A stretch of DNA of 45,142 bases, taken from contig ML002305.1 of the NCBI GenBank assembly GCA_003614675.1, positions 1 through 45,142 of the forward strand, given 5' to 3'. Made by a program: the position numbers and the translations under genes. Positions 26,304 to 36,900 of this stretch are shown here, one piece after another. Each line of letters starts with the position of its first letter. The first letter of the stretch is position 1. Origin of the DNA: Dimargaris cristalligena (lineage: Eukaryota). The notes below the pieces were generated by a model. It was not told where the DNA came from. It saw only the letters and a program-made list of their open reading frames with translations, and made no database searches.

Positions 26304-27579
26304 CGTACACTGGAATTACAGGGGGCGGTTTGGATCATTATTTTGAGAAGGGGGAGGGGCTCTAGGACTATTGAGAACCCCCCCTCTCCTCCTCCTTCTT
26401 CTCAATTGACGAAGACCTGGTTTCCATTGGGGTCATACGACCTTCTTATTTCAACTCCATCAGCGTCGCCGCCACTGAGGCAACGACTTCAGTCCAAAAT
26501 GAATTCAGTCAATCCCCCCACCTGCGGTAAGGGGATCCGTGCAGAACTTACTTGACCCTGGCAGCTGCCACCAACGCCATGCAGGGTACGATTCAGACTC
26601 ACGTTCGTTGATTTAATCGGTTCTCCTCGAAATCTTAAGTCCGAACATCCGACTCAGTCGATGGTGTCGATAGTCGCCCCTCCATTTCATCCAACTGACC
26701 TATTAGTGTGGAAGCCCCTGAGGATGGAGGAGGCATATCGCCACAATACTATAATTTGAAACTTGACGTTGCAAGTATTTACCGACTTTGAATTCCCAGA
26801 CTGCTTGTCCAGTCAGTACCCGGGTAACTAACTGGTCGGCCCTGGGACCGACTGACCGCCGGATTGCTAGGGCGGACTTCTCTGCCATTGAACCGGATTC
26901 ATACGTACATGGTCTTAATTCATCAATATACCCCCTATTAACCCATCCTCCAGTATGGCATTAAGCCACTGTCAGCGGGGGCGTAAGGCAAAGTGCCTAT
27001 TGCCAAAGGTAGAGGTGTATTATAATCCAAAAACGGGTTGAGTCTAGGGGCCCTGCCGGAGGATTGATGCGTAAACACTGAGAGCCCCCCAGTCCCAACT
27101 TACCCCGGATAATAGATGGCCGGCTTACTCACCTTTGAAAATCGAGTCGAAAAAATGGCATTGATGGCCATTATGCTACCCAACGTAAGCAAACATGGAT
27201 ACTCAACCAGACGGGGGGGGGCGGAATTCGAAGGCATAGGTGATGTAGGAGGAATCAATTACGTGGCGAAGATAAATAACAATCAGCCAAGGGAATACAT
27301 GTTTGTAATGAAAAGACCATTTTCAATGCGATGCTATACCCAATGACGGGTAGTAAGGTGATGCCGTTAATGTTATCCCTGACTTCTAATATTGCTAACA
27401 GTATATTCCCTACGAAATTTGGCCAGTAGAGCTGTTCCCCAAATAGCATTAGGGTGTAATTTCTTTATCTTTAGTTGTGCTGCCATCCCTACTTTATGCG
27501 GCTCATATGGGACCATCACCTAAAAATGGTAAATTCCTAACAATCCGTACCGCATCTCCTCTGAGTTTTTTTCAGGCAC

Positions 27580-27727
27580 GGGTGAAATTCAACTAAGCCA
27601 TATACAGTTTAGCATGAAATGCGAGTGAATACATGTGGGGATTGCTCGGCCAAACTATATTATGAAAAAAATTGGTTGATTAAACGTGCACTACTGGTTA
27701 AATATTATTTTTTGGTTGAATTTCCCC
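27580..27727. mobile_element. Diverged or related copy of the MITE-like element
   Basis: Termini GGGTGAAATTCAAC...GTTGAATTTCCCC are inverted repeats of the same type. The internal TACTGGTTAAA is shared with the copy at 711. Confidence 0.5.
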
Positions 27728-28439
27728 ATTGAAATGCCGCCTAAAATCAGGTATGTTTGAGACAGACCCCCCATGTAAACTTAGTTTCGGCATAACCAAT
27801 ACAGCCTGGCCATGGTTCCCTTTTTCCAACATAGTTGGTTTTCTCCCATCTGGTACATTATTGATTAAACAGGCAGGATTGATTACATTCAAGGCTCTTC
27901 GCCCACTGACACAGTAGCTGGAAGTTGGGGGGGTTTTTTTTATTAAAAAAAGGGCAGGTGGGGCCAACTCCAGTGTCAGCATGGCGGGTACCAAGCTCTT
28001 CAGATATCCGAGGCGGCTCGGCTTAAGCTGCCGATTTTACTGGTGTCCCTGTGCTTGTGGCTCTGATTTTGGGGGGTCTAATTTAAACCACGTGACTATA
28101 GTTTAAAGTCGGCTGATTATTAAGGGAGGCGGTGGCACTGGGTTGTTTCATATGCGATAGAATGGGAAATAAAAGTGCCATCAGTGAAAATAAACGGGGG
28201 GTTTTCCCGCAGGTATAGGATTTATGGGGGTTTTATTCTCTACGGCTGTCCCAGTTTTTTTTCCAGTTTTTAATTTTGCGGGCCCACAGTTGCGCCATAA
28301 TGGTAGCCTGATATTCTCTCTCTATTAAAGAGCAGCGTCAACCGCCGTCATTTTGTTCCTCCTCTTTCCCGTCGACTGTTGGCATACTTCCCCTTCTTTC
28401 TGACCCTTGTCATTTGGAACATCCCCCCCGACTATCACC

Positions 28440-29999
28440 ATGTCTTCGTAAGTATTTCCTCCTACTCGGCCTCCTACTTGTCCGCTTGAGATTCCCTTGG
28501 AGTCGCGATTGGCTCTTTCCGCCGTTCACCGTACCCCCAACGGATCTTGGTGTTAACCAGTTTATCGCTCCCTCCTTATACGATTGGTTCCATATGTGTG
28601 TTCCGTGGTTGACCCGATTTTCCCTCTGTTAGTTAAACCGGATCTTGCAGCGGATCTCTTGTTCGAAAGGATCCCTTTCCCCCAACCCAAGGGGTGTAAG
28701 GCGGGCACTACAGAGCCTTCGTTCAGCCACGGCCACTGGCCGTCGATAAAAACTAAGTAGCCAGGTTCGCTTAGCGAATACTGACAACTCCTCTCCAGTT
28801 CGGTGACTCCCAGATAACCTGGCCAGTGGTAGTGTAGTATTTTACCCTACTGGTTTGTTCTATCTGTACTCGCGGTCACTTTGCTGGTGTGGGAGCTTAA
28901 TTTTTAGTCCATGCTGGGTCTCTTGTATTAATTCTTTTATGTGCCCTTCGCAATCATGTGCTCGTCGCATCGTTCACCCCTGCTACTTTCGTCCCCCCTC
29001 TATCAGCGCCGTCCTTGCCCCCGAGACCTTCCTCAAGAAGCGTCGCGATACCGCTGAACAGAAGGCTGCCAAGCAGGCCCAGAAGAAGGAAATCTCCAAG
29101 GTATGCCCCTCTATCACTAGAGGGCTCTCAGAGTCCACCATTCTATATTCCTATCGTGTACTTGTAGCTGATGTTAACCCATACTAATTGATTCACTCGA
29201 AAGGGTGGTGATTGTAGTAAAAAAACTTCACCGTTTTTCGGATCTGATGCAAAATCCCCGATTGTCCTTGGGCCAATTTCCTAATTCAGTTTCTATCCAT
29301 CGTGCATGACCTGGTACCGTATCTAACCGTTTATTCAACTTGTTATTTACTCTGAATGTTCCACCGAGTTAGAAGCGTCGCGCCACCCGTGCCGTCATCT
29401 TCAAGCGTGCCGAGAAGTACCTGAACGAGTACAATGCCACCGAGAAGGCCATCGTTGCCCAGAAGCGCATTGCCCGTGACACCGGCTCCTTCTACGTGCC
29501 CGCTGAGACCAAGGTCCTCTTCGTGATCCGTATCAAGGGTATCATGAAGATCCCCCCCAAGCCCCGCAAGATCCTTCAGCTCCTCCGTCTGATCCAGATC
29601 AACAACGGTGTCTTCGTCAAGGTCAACCAGGCCACCAAGAACATGCTCACTCTGGTGTCCCCCTACGTCGCCTTCGGCGAGCCCAACCTGAAGTCCGTCC
29701 GCGAGCTCGTCTACAAGCGCGGTTTCGGTAAGATCAAGGGTCAGCGCATCCCCCTTAACGACAACTTGATCATCGAAGAGGCCCTCTCCAAGTTCGGCGT
29801 CATCTGCATGGAAGACATCATCCACGAGATCTTCACCTGCGGCCCCAACTTCAAGGAAGTCAACAACTTCCTGTGGCCCTTCAAGCTGTCCAACCCTACC
29901 GGTGGCTTCGCTACCAAGAAGACCCTGAACTTCGTCGAAGGTGGTGACTCCGGTAACCACGAGGACAAGATCAACAAGCTCATCCGCAAGATGAACTAA
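28440..29999 (+). CDS. RPL7: 60S ribosomal protein uL30 (L7), 242 aa; exons 28440-28447, 29007-29100, 29373-29999
   Basis: The spliced product reads [16 protein letters not shown]...[19 protein letters not shown]...FVIRIKGI...[14 protein letters not shown]...[12 protein letters not shown]...INKLIRKMN. Introns are GTAAGT..CAG (28448-29006) and GTATGC..TAG (29101-29372). Strong codon bias. Confidence 0.97.
28707..28838 (+). promoter_or_regulatory. Structured intronic element containing a cryptic branch point and 3' splice site (RPL7 intron 1)
   Basis: TACTGAC at 28779-28785, a pyrimidine tract and CAG at 28796-28798. Enclosing helices: 28760-28767/28816-28823, 28732-28741/28821-28830 and 28707-28712/28833-28838. 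Confidence 0.5.
29162..29252 (+). ncRNA. Intronic box C/D snoRNA, snR39/snR39B family (LSU rRNA Gm805-equivalent guide)
   Basis: Terminal stem TTGTA/TGCAA, box C-like TGATGT (29169-29174), internal hairpin CACTC-GAAA-GGGTG, C'-like GTGATT, guide TTCACCGTTTTTCGGAT (29227-29243) complementary to conserved LSU ACCCGAAAGAUGGUGAA, and box D CTGA (29244-29247). Confidence 0.8.
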
Positions 30000-30247
30000 T
30001 TTCCCTCCCTCTTCTTTCTGTCTATGTTAGGTTTTGGTCTCTATATTCCCTCGATTAAGTCTGACTCCTTCACAGGATTTATTAATATGAGGCCTTTCCA
30101 TAAATAAAATTTGGACTGACATTTGTAAAATAACCGTTTATCGTCGTAATTCTTTTCATTAAAGCCCACTCAGTCATACTTCTACCGGGATGGAGTCACT
30201 GATAAATAATAATCGGAGAGGGGATTAATTTTAAGCGGTGTGTGAGT

Positions 30248-30383
30248 GGGTGAAGTTCGACCCAGCTGTATAGGGATTTGATTGATACATGTATAGGAAA
30301 ATAGACGCTATATTCATTTCCAACTGGTACTGTTTGCCTTATCTAACGGGATTTTCGTTAGACAGCCAAATTGACCCTCTCCC
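30248..30383 (-). mobile_element. Copy of the MITE-like element downstream of RPL7
   Basis: GGGTGAAGTTCGACCCAGCTGTATA...TTTGCCTTATCTAACGGGATTTTCGTTA...CTCTCCC aligns by eye with 1252-1387. Confidence 0.7.
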
Positions 30384-31030
30384 ATATATTGTATGTCCTG
30401 GCTATGCTACAGGGACTCCTGAGTGCATTTAATAATGCAAAGTCCAATTTAATGTGGTAATTTCATGTGGATGTTTGAGTGAAGCCTTGTGTGTCTTCGT
30501 CGTTGCCCCAGTTGCACGCGGATTATAGAAGAAGAATCATGATAGGCCCATTTTAATCCTTAATTCCGACAGTATTCATGAAGTACGGATTGCCAGTACC
30601 AATAATAATTCAATTTTTGCTCAATTTCGCCTAGCAGAGCTGATGCCGGTCAAGGGAGTAATGCCTGGAGGCTATTAAACAAACAAACAAAAGGATTCGC
30701 ATTAATACTCTACCCAGTATTTTCATCATAGAGAAGTTGGAAGGCGGTGTATAGCGGCTTTTACCATTTGCTAGTCCCAGTGGGGTCTTCTCTGAAATTG
30801 GGTTATTGCGTGATGCCTTAGCAGTAGTTGAATGTACCCCCGCTTGGGGCCTATTTCTGGCGAATCCTTTCGTTCGTAGAGTTATTGGGTGTAGATGCTA
30901 CAGTGAGGGGTGGGCTGTGCAGTACAAATAGTCCATCCCATCTCCTGGTTCATTTAATAATGCCTTCAAAACAGAGGTTTTATATACGGCTCCCCTTTTA
31001 TGGTTTATTAATAAAACTAGTACGGTTAGT

Positions 31031-33343
31031 TTATTGCGTATCAAACAGGGCCAGCCCACGGTGTTGGGCGACAAGAAGGGCAAAGGGAGAGGTGCCCCAG
31101 TCCGCCCGCTCGTACCACTGTATGGTCCGAATGCGGTAGGGGTCCACCTCCGCTTTTGATGCCATGTCTGAGTAATCGAATGGACTGGTTAGGACATTCA
31201 GAAGTTGGCCTGTGGTAGTGCTCCATAGGCGGATACAACGGTCGGAACCGGCGGCGGCCAAGACGGACCCCCCCGGATGGAGGGCTAGCCCCAGATCCCG
31301 GGAAAAATTTTGGTTGACGTGGCCCTTGAAGTACAGTACCGGGTGAGCGGGGTCCCGAGCTGAAGCGGGTGAAGTGTGGGGAACCAATGAAGTTTTCATA
31401 GTCGTAGTCGTCCGGGTTCCTGCTTTTCGAGATCGGGCCGGTTGGTAGGGCGTGCCCCCATAACCCCCCTCTCCACTCCTACTGGAGCGAGCCAGCGGAT
31501 TTGTCCGGTGGTAATCCATGTCCACCTGAATTACAGGGTCAGAGCCCTGGCTGCGGTACGGCACTACCGGATACACTACCGCGTCTGCTTCGGCGGATGC
31601 GTTTATTGCCGTCCCCCGCATGTATCGAATGTCCCATAGGGCATGGCTATCCCCGGTGGTGGCTGTCAATAGCTGCCATTCGTTGGTCTGGTCTAAATGA
31701 GTAATGGACGTTCCCGGCATATGGACCCCTGGTAGGAGGCCGTACTGGGGTAGGTGTCGTGAAAAGGGGACTCGGTAATCGAAGAGGCGGGCCCGGCCAT
31801 CCCGGCACCCGGCGTAAACTAGTGACGGGTGATAGCGGTCCCGCTGGATGGCAAAGACATCGCTCCCAGTTTGGATCACCAGGTTTAATGAGGCTTGAAT
31901 ACCCGTTGGAGGGTCTTCCGACATCCGCAGACCCAGACCCAGGCCCGTTCGGGCCGGCGATTCAATAGAGAGGGGTTCATCCGTCGGGCGGGTGGCTTCA
32001 TACATATTAAAGTTATAAATACCGTCCGAAGTGCCCAGGGACACATCGTGGGAGCCGACCGCCATTGTCCAGGCCGTGGTCCACTTTACTCCACGCTGGA
32101 GGATCAGGGGGCAGCTCTCACCCGCCCGAGCCTGCCGCACCATCTGGAGTTCGGGGGGTTGGTTGCGGGCACCCGGGAATAGGGCAAAGTAGTGGCCATG
32201 GTTGCGCCGTACCATTGTCGTTCCATGGGTGAATTGGTGGGTGTCGAGTAGATCAGCCTGGATCTGGCGGAGAGGCGGTGCCTTGGCTAGGGTACGGCGT
32301 CGGGTAAAGGCAGTGGTGGGGGTCAGGGTTAAAGTGTCCAGTTGGCCTTGTGTTGTGAGGAGTGATATTGCCTGATCCTGGGCAGGGCCGACTAGCATAT
32401 CCACGATACTTCCAGTCGCCAAATCGTACGGTATTCTTGGGGGGACGTGCGAACTATTCCCGTTATGGTCCCGACGATCCCCGCCGGGCTGTGCCAAATC
32501 CAGGATCATGCGGGGCTTCAGCGTGCGGACCGTCATTTCGACGTGTTGCAATTGGGTGGGTCTGCTGGGTGACCTAGACGACCCACCGCCACCACCACGA
32601 TTCACGGCTTCCTCCTTGTATGCGCGCCATCGATCCCGGCGACAGCAGCCCAAATCCCGGTTGGCCAAAAATTCGGGCCACGTTTGTTGGGCCCGCTCCA
32701 CCGCCTGCTGCTCGCTGATGTGGTGTTGCTGAAGTTCCTGTGTCCTTTGACGTTCTCGTATTTGATCTTCATGGTGCTGGCTGCCTGGATTGGATGCCCC
32801 GCCTTTTTCCACCTTAAAGTACCGGCGTTGGACGGGACAGTATGTGAACCCGGGAAGGATAGGCATGTTGGACGGCGGCGGGGTGGCCGCGGGCGAAATG
32901 CGGATAGATGCCGATGGCGAGGGGTCGTTGCTAGATGAAGTAGAGGTCCGGTGGTCCAGGCAAGGTCGTCGTGGGGTTGCTGTTACGGCTCCCGTCGCAG
33001 GGATTTTCCCTCGGCGGTTAGGATGGGAAGTGGGTGGTCGACAGGTCGATGTCGATGCCGATACTGATGTCGATGGTGTGGCAGAGGCGTTGGGTTGTCC
33101 CGTCCTGTCCTGACTACCCAGCAGCTGTTTCGCTCGACCGCCATCTCGTTTCCGGCGGGTGGTCACTTCCGAAGGAATTTGAAGTGAATGCCCGGTGTCT
33201 ACTTTAGTGGCCTGGGTTCGGAACGGGGGACCTTCGTTGGGGGTTGGTAATGTTGGGGAAGTGAGGCATTCTGAACTGACCTCAGGGCGGCGCTCCCGGT
33301 GTCTGCGCCTTTTGTTCTTTGGAGGTGGTGGCGAAGGGCCCAT
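31031..33343 (-). CDS. DCAF4/WDR21-like WD40-repeat protein (putative DDB1-CUL4 substrate receptor), ~770 aa, intronless
   Basis: Motif ILPGFTYCPVQRRYFKV resembles the N-terminal LPG(Y/F)YYD.EK.RYF motif of the DCAF4 family. WD repeats carry DxR motifs (GCRDGRARLFDYR, ALWDIR) and the segment FKGHVN...AAGSDRCIRLWS. First ATG at 33343. Confidence 0.8.
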   Translation of the reverse strand: MGPSPPPPKNKRRRHRERRPEVSSECLTSPTLPTPNEGPPFRTQATKVDTGHSLQIPSEVTTRRKRDGGRAKQLLGSQDRTGQPNASATPSTSVSASTSTCRPPTSHPNRRGKIPATGAVTATPRRPCLDHRTSTSSSNDPSPSASIRISPAATPPPSNMPILPGFTYCPVQRRYFKVEKGGASNPGSQHHEDQIRERQRTQELQQHHISEQQAVERAQQTWPEFLANRDLGCCRRDRWRAYKEEAVNRGGGGGSSRSPSRPTQLQHVEMTVRTLKPRMILDLAQPGGDRRDHNGNSSHVPPRIPYDLATGSIVDMLVGPAQDQAISLLTTQGQLDTLTLTPTTAFTRRRTLAKAPPLRQIQADLLDTHQFTHGTTMVRRNHGHYFALFPGARNQPPELQMVRQARAGESCPLILQRGVKWTTAWTMAVGSHDVSLGTSDGIYNFNMYEATRPTDEPLSIESPARTGLGLGLRMSEDPPTGIQASLNLVIQTGSDVFAIQRDRYHPSLVYAGCRDGRARLFDYRVPFSRHLPQYGLLPGVHMPGTSITHLDQTNEWQLLTATTGDSHALWDIRYMRGTAINASAEADAVVYPVVPYRSQGSDPVIQVDMDYHRTNPLARSSRSGEGGYGGTPYQPARSRKAGTRTTTTMKTSLVPHTSPASARDPAHPVLYFKGHVNQNFSRDLGLALHPGGSVLAAAGSDRCIRLWSTTTGQLLNVLTSPFDYSDMASKAEVDPYRIRTIQWYERADWGTSPFALLVAQHRGLALFDTQ

Positions 33344-33903
33344 ATTCAAATAAAAATGCGCTCTTATAACCTTGGGTGTATACAGAGAGAAACTAAAGGG
33401 AATAAGCGATTCATTTCAACTGAACGAGCCATACATTAGTAGGAAGAGCAAAAACGCATATTCAGTGGCAGTAATAGCCGACTATGGGATATCGGTGTAG
33501 ATATTGAAGGACTTGATTAAAAGGTACCCAGCTATAAAGCTCATTTCAAAGCGATTTCATAAAAAAAATATTAGAGAATTGTATATTGATGTGGTATGGT
33601 TTAACGGCTTCCTTTGAATGCCAAATAGAGGAGACGCTCGGAATCAGCTTAGCCACTACTCCTCTCATACTTAGTGCTCATTGGTACGCGAATTAGCCTA
33701 CTCGTTTATTTCCAACCCTCCAACTATACCTCTCCTCCGCCCTTGTTCTTCCACTCGAAATACCGCTGCCCAAGCTGCCTTGTACTATTCCATCCCCGAG
33801 AATCGGAATTAACGCGTGAATCAGCGCCCCGTTCTCGTTCGCTCCCACCACCCTATCTCTCCCATCGCCACTCGTCTCCGATACCGGAGGCGAACCGCCC
33901 ACC

Positions 33904-36900
33904 ATGTCCCTCTATCCGGTTTACCAGGAGCTCATTCCCCCGACGGCCACCTACCATTGCGCGGCGGGCCACTTTACCGGACGCAATGACACCAATCTCA
34001 TCCTCGTGCGCGGCAATGTCCTGGAGGTCTATTTGGTAATCATGCGGGAAATGGACCCGTCCACGTCCGAAGCGAACCGGGTCCACCCCACCTCCACCTT
34101 CGCCTATACCTACCAGACCCAGGCTTTCGACCTGGATGCGGATCAGGCCCTGGACTTCAGTAACCCGGACAAGGATTCCTCCGAGATCCGGACCCTACAG
34201 GCCTTTTCCCAAACCGGTACCCCGCGCCTCCAACTAGTATTAAAGGCCCCGCTGCAGGGCCAGGTCCAATCCCTAACGCTCGTCCAGACGTCAGCCAGCG
34301 AGGCCCATGGCCGTTCTTACCTATTACTGGCTTTAGCCGAAGCCAAAATGGCCCTGCTGGAATATTCGCCAACCGGCCACTGCTTCGTTACCGTGTCGAT
34401 TCATTACTACGAATGGGAGGAATTTCGGACCGAGTCCCTGCAGGAGCCGTGGCCCCCCACCGTGATTACCGACCCCAATGGCCGGTGCGCCATACTCCAG
34501 GTGTACCGCGATCGGATCGCCGTGCTGCCCTTTCGGCAGGCCGAAAATGCGGACCTGGCGCTGGGCCCCACCTCGATGGCCGCCGATCTAAACCGCAAAC
34601 GTCCCCTACCCATGACGGGGTCGGTTCCCCCGGCCACCAGCTGGCCCTATTCGCCCAGTTTTATGCTCGATTTAGAACAGCTGGACCAGCGGGTGGCCCA
34701 AGTCCTAGACATCGTTTTTCTACACGGCTACTACGTCCCCACCCTCGCCATCCTGTACGAGGCCCCTGAAACGACCTGGACTGGTAACCTTAAAAACCAG
34801 CGGGATACTTGTTCCGTCATTGTACTCTCACTGGACCTGATGCAGAAGGGCGCGTCGGTCATTTACCACAAAACCGGACTGCCCTACGATTGTTTTAAAA
34901 TTGTGCCCGTCCCTATTCCAACGGGCGGTCTAATGGTAGTAGCCGCCAACGCGCTGATTCATTTAAGCCAGGGTTCGGCCGGCGTTGGAGTGGCCGTGAA
35001 TTCCATGGAGGCTATGTCATGCTACACCGCCTTCCCACTTAATCGGGTCCATATTGACCAACCGGGTAGTACCGCCGATGACTCCACCTCCGACCCTATA
35101 CAGCTCCGACTCGAGTGCAGTCAGTCCGTTTTTCTGGACCACGAAACTATGCTAATGTCCTTGGCGTCGGGGCAGCTCCTTCTTGTCCGGTGTCTTAGTC
35201 ACGGTCGGAGTGTATCTAATCTCAAACTCGCACTGATTGGCGAGAGTGTTACTCCGTCCTGCGTTAGCTTAGTGTCCCCGGACCTTCTCTTTTTGGGATC
35301 CGCTATGGGTGATTCACAGCTTATTCGGTTCCAAATTCCACCGGTGGGCTCGGCTACCCGGGTCGTTTACGACATTGAGCCCGTCCGACCGCGAACCACC
35401 TCCCTTCTTCCCCCCACTAGCCTCTCTGATTCGGCTACCGAGTCAGCCGGGGACTCCAAGCCCGTCTCCGGCATGGCAACCAACCCCTCCGCTGGTGAAT
35501 CGCTGCCTCCGGTGGAGGACGAGGACGACTGGGACGAGGAATTATACGGACCCATGCCAGCCGGTAAATCAACCGCTGCCCCTTTTGCGGCGGGCCAATC
35601 CGCAACGGGGCCGAGCGCGAGGTCTACTTCCAATCAGCCTAAATGGTTTTCCTACTACCGGTTTAATGTTAGCGATTCCGTACTATGCCTAGCCCCGATG
35701 TCGTGTGCCACCCTTGGTTTGACCCCCGCCGATGTCGGGAATGCTTCGGCCACCGACAGCGATACCGCCGAACCGAGCAATGGGCCCGCCCGCTTCGTGG
35801 CCGGCTCAGGCTATGGAGCAGCCAGCTCGCTATCGATCCTCCAGCGCCATATCCAACCCGATGTTTTGACCTCGTTCCATTTACCGGGCTTTAAGTACAT
35901 CTGGTCCCTCCAAATGCAAGATCAACAGAGCGGATCATCCTGGGGCCTCCCCAACAGCTACGAGCCCGATTCGGACACGGCCTTTACCAAGTATTTGGTT
36001 CTGTCGAAACCGGGGGCTACGCTCGTCCTCGAGTCCAGCGATGAACTTCAGCAGGTGGAGGACACGGGGTTTGCCGAAACCGCTCTAACGGTGGGAGTGG
36101 CCGAATGGGCCAACCATCGCCAAATTGTGCAAGTTACCGAGGACGCCGTTTATCTTCTTAATCATCAGGTCCAGCGAATCCAGTCCCTGACCATCGATGA
36201 GTACACCAACTCCACGACCATACGAATTGTGGACTGCCACATCGTTGATCCTTTTGTACTGTTGGTCTTGACCGACGGCTCGGTGGCCCTGGTAACTAGA
36301 GTCAATTCGGCCCAGCCGCAACTCCACTTTGTCCGGATCCCCACTCATCTCAATCGATCCGCCATTGTATCCGCTTGTCTTTTTGATGATATCTACGGTT
36401 GCTTTAAACCCCTGTCCTCAGTATTAGATGTTGATTTGACTCTGGCCGACCCACTGGCCCCTGATGACTCTCCGAGTGACGCCACGAGTACCACTAATGT
36501 AGCAGTTGAGGCCACGGCTACCCTCGAAATTGACCTCCCCCCACCGCGGCCGGTTGCCTCTATGGATATAGACGATGACGAGCAGGTAGACTTTGATGAT
36601 GCCGACGCCCTGGGCGATGGGCCTCCATCGGCCAGCCTACGCTCTGGCGGCTCCACCAGGCACCATGTCGACGAAGACAACGTCAGTAATCTTCAGCAAG
36701 CCCTATCGGCCGCCAATACGGCACCCCAATGGTGCTGCGTATTTCGCCTCAATGGTGCCCTTGAAATCTACGCCTTGCCTAAGTACCAATTAGTGTACGT
36801 AGCCCCCTATTTCGACCAGCTTCCAGGCCTACTCACTGACAGTCTAGTGGCGCAGTGGCAAACATCCCGGCCGCCAATCACTCTACCGCAAACGAACCCC

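Noticed and set aside
29343-29960. 205-aa ORF antisense to RPL7 exon 3
   Set aside because: The same codon-bias shadow effect.
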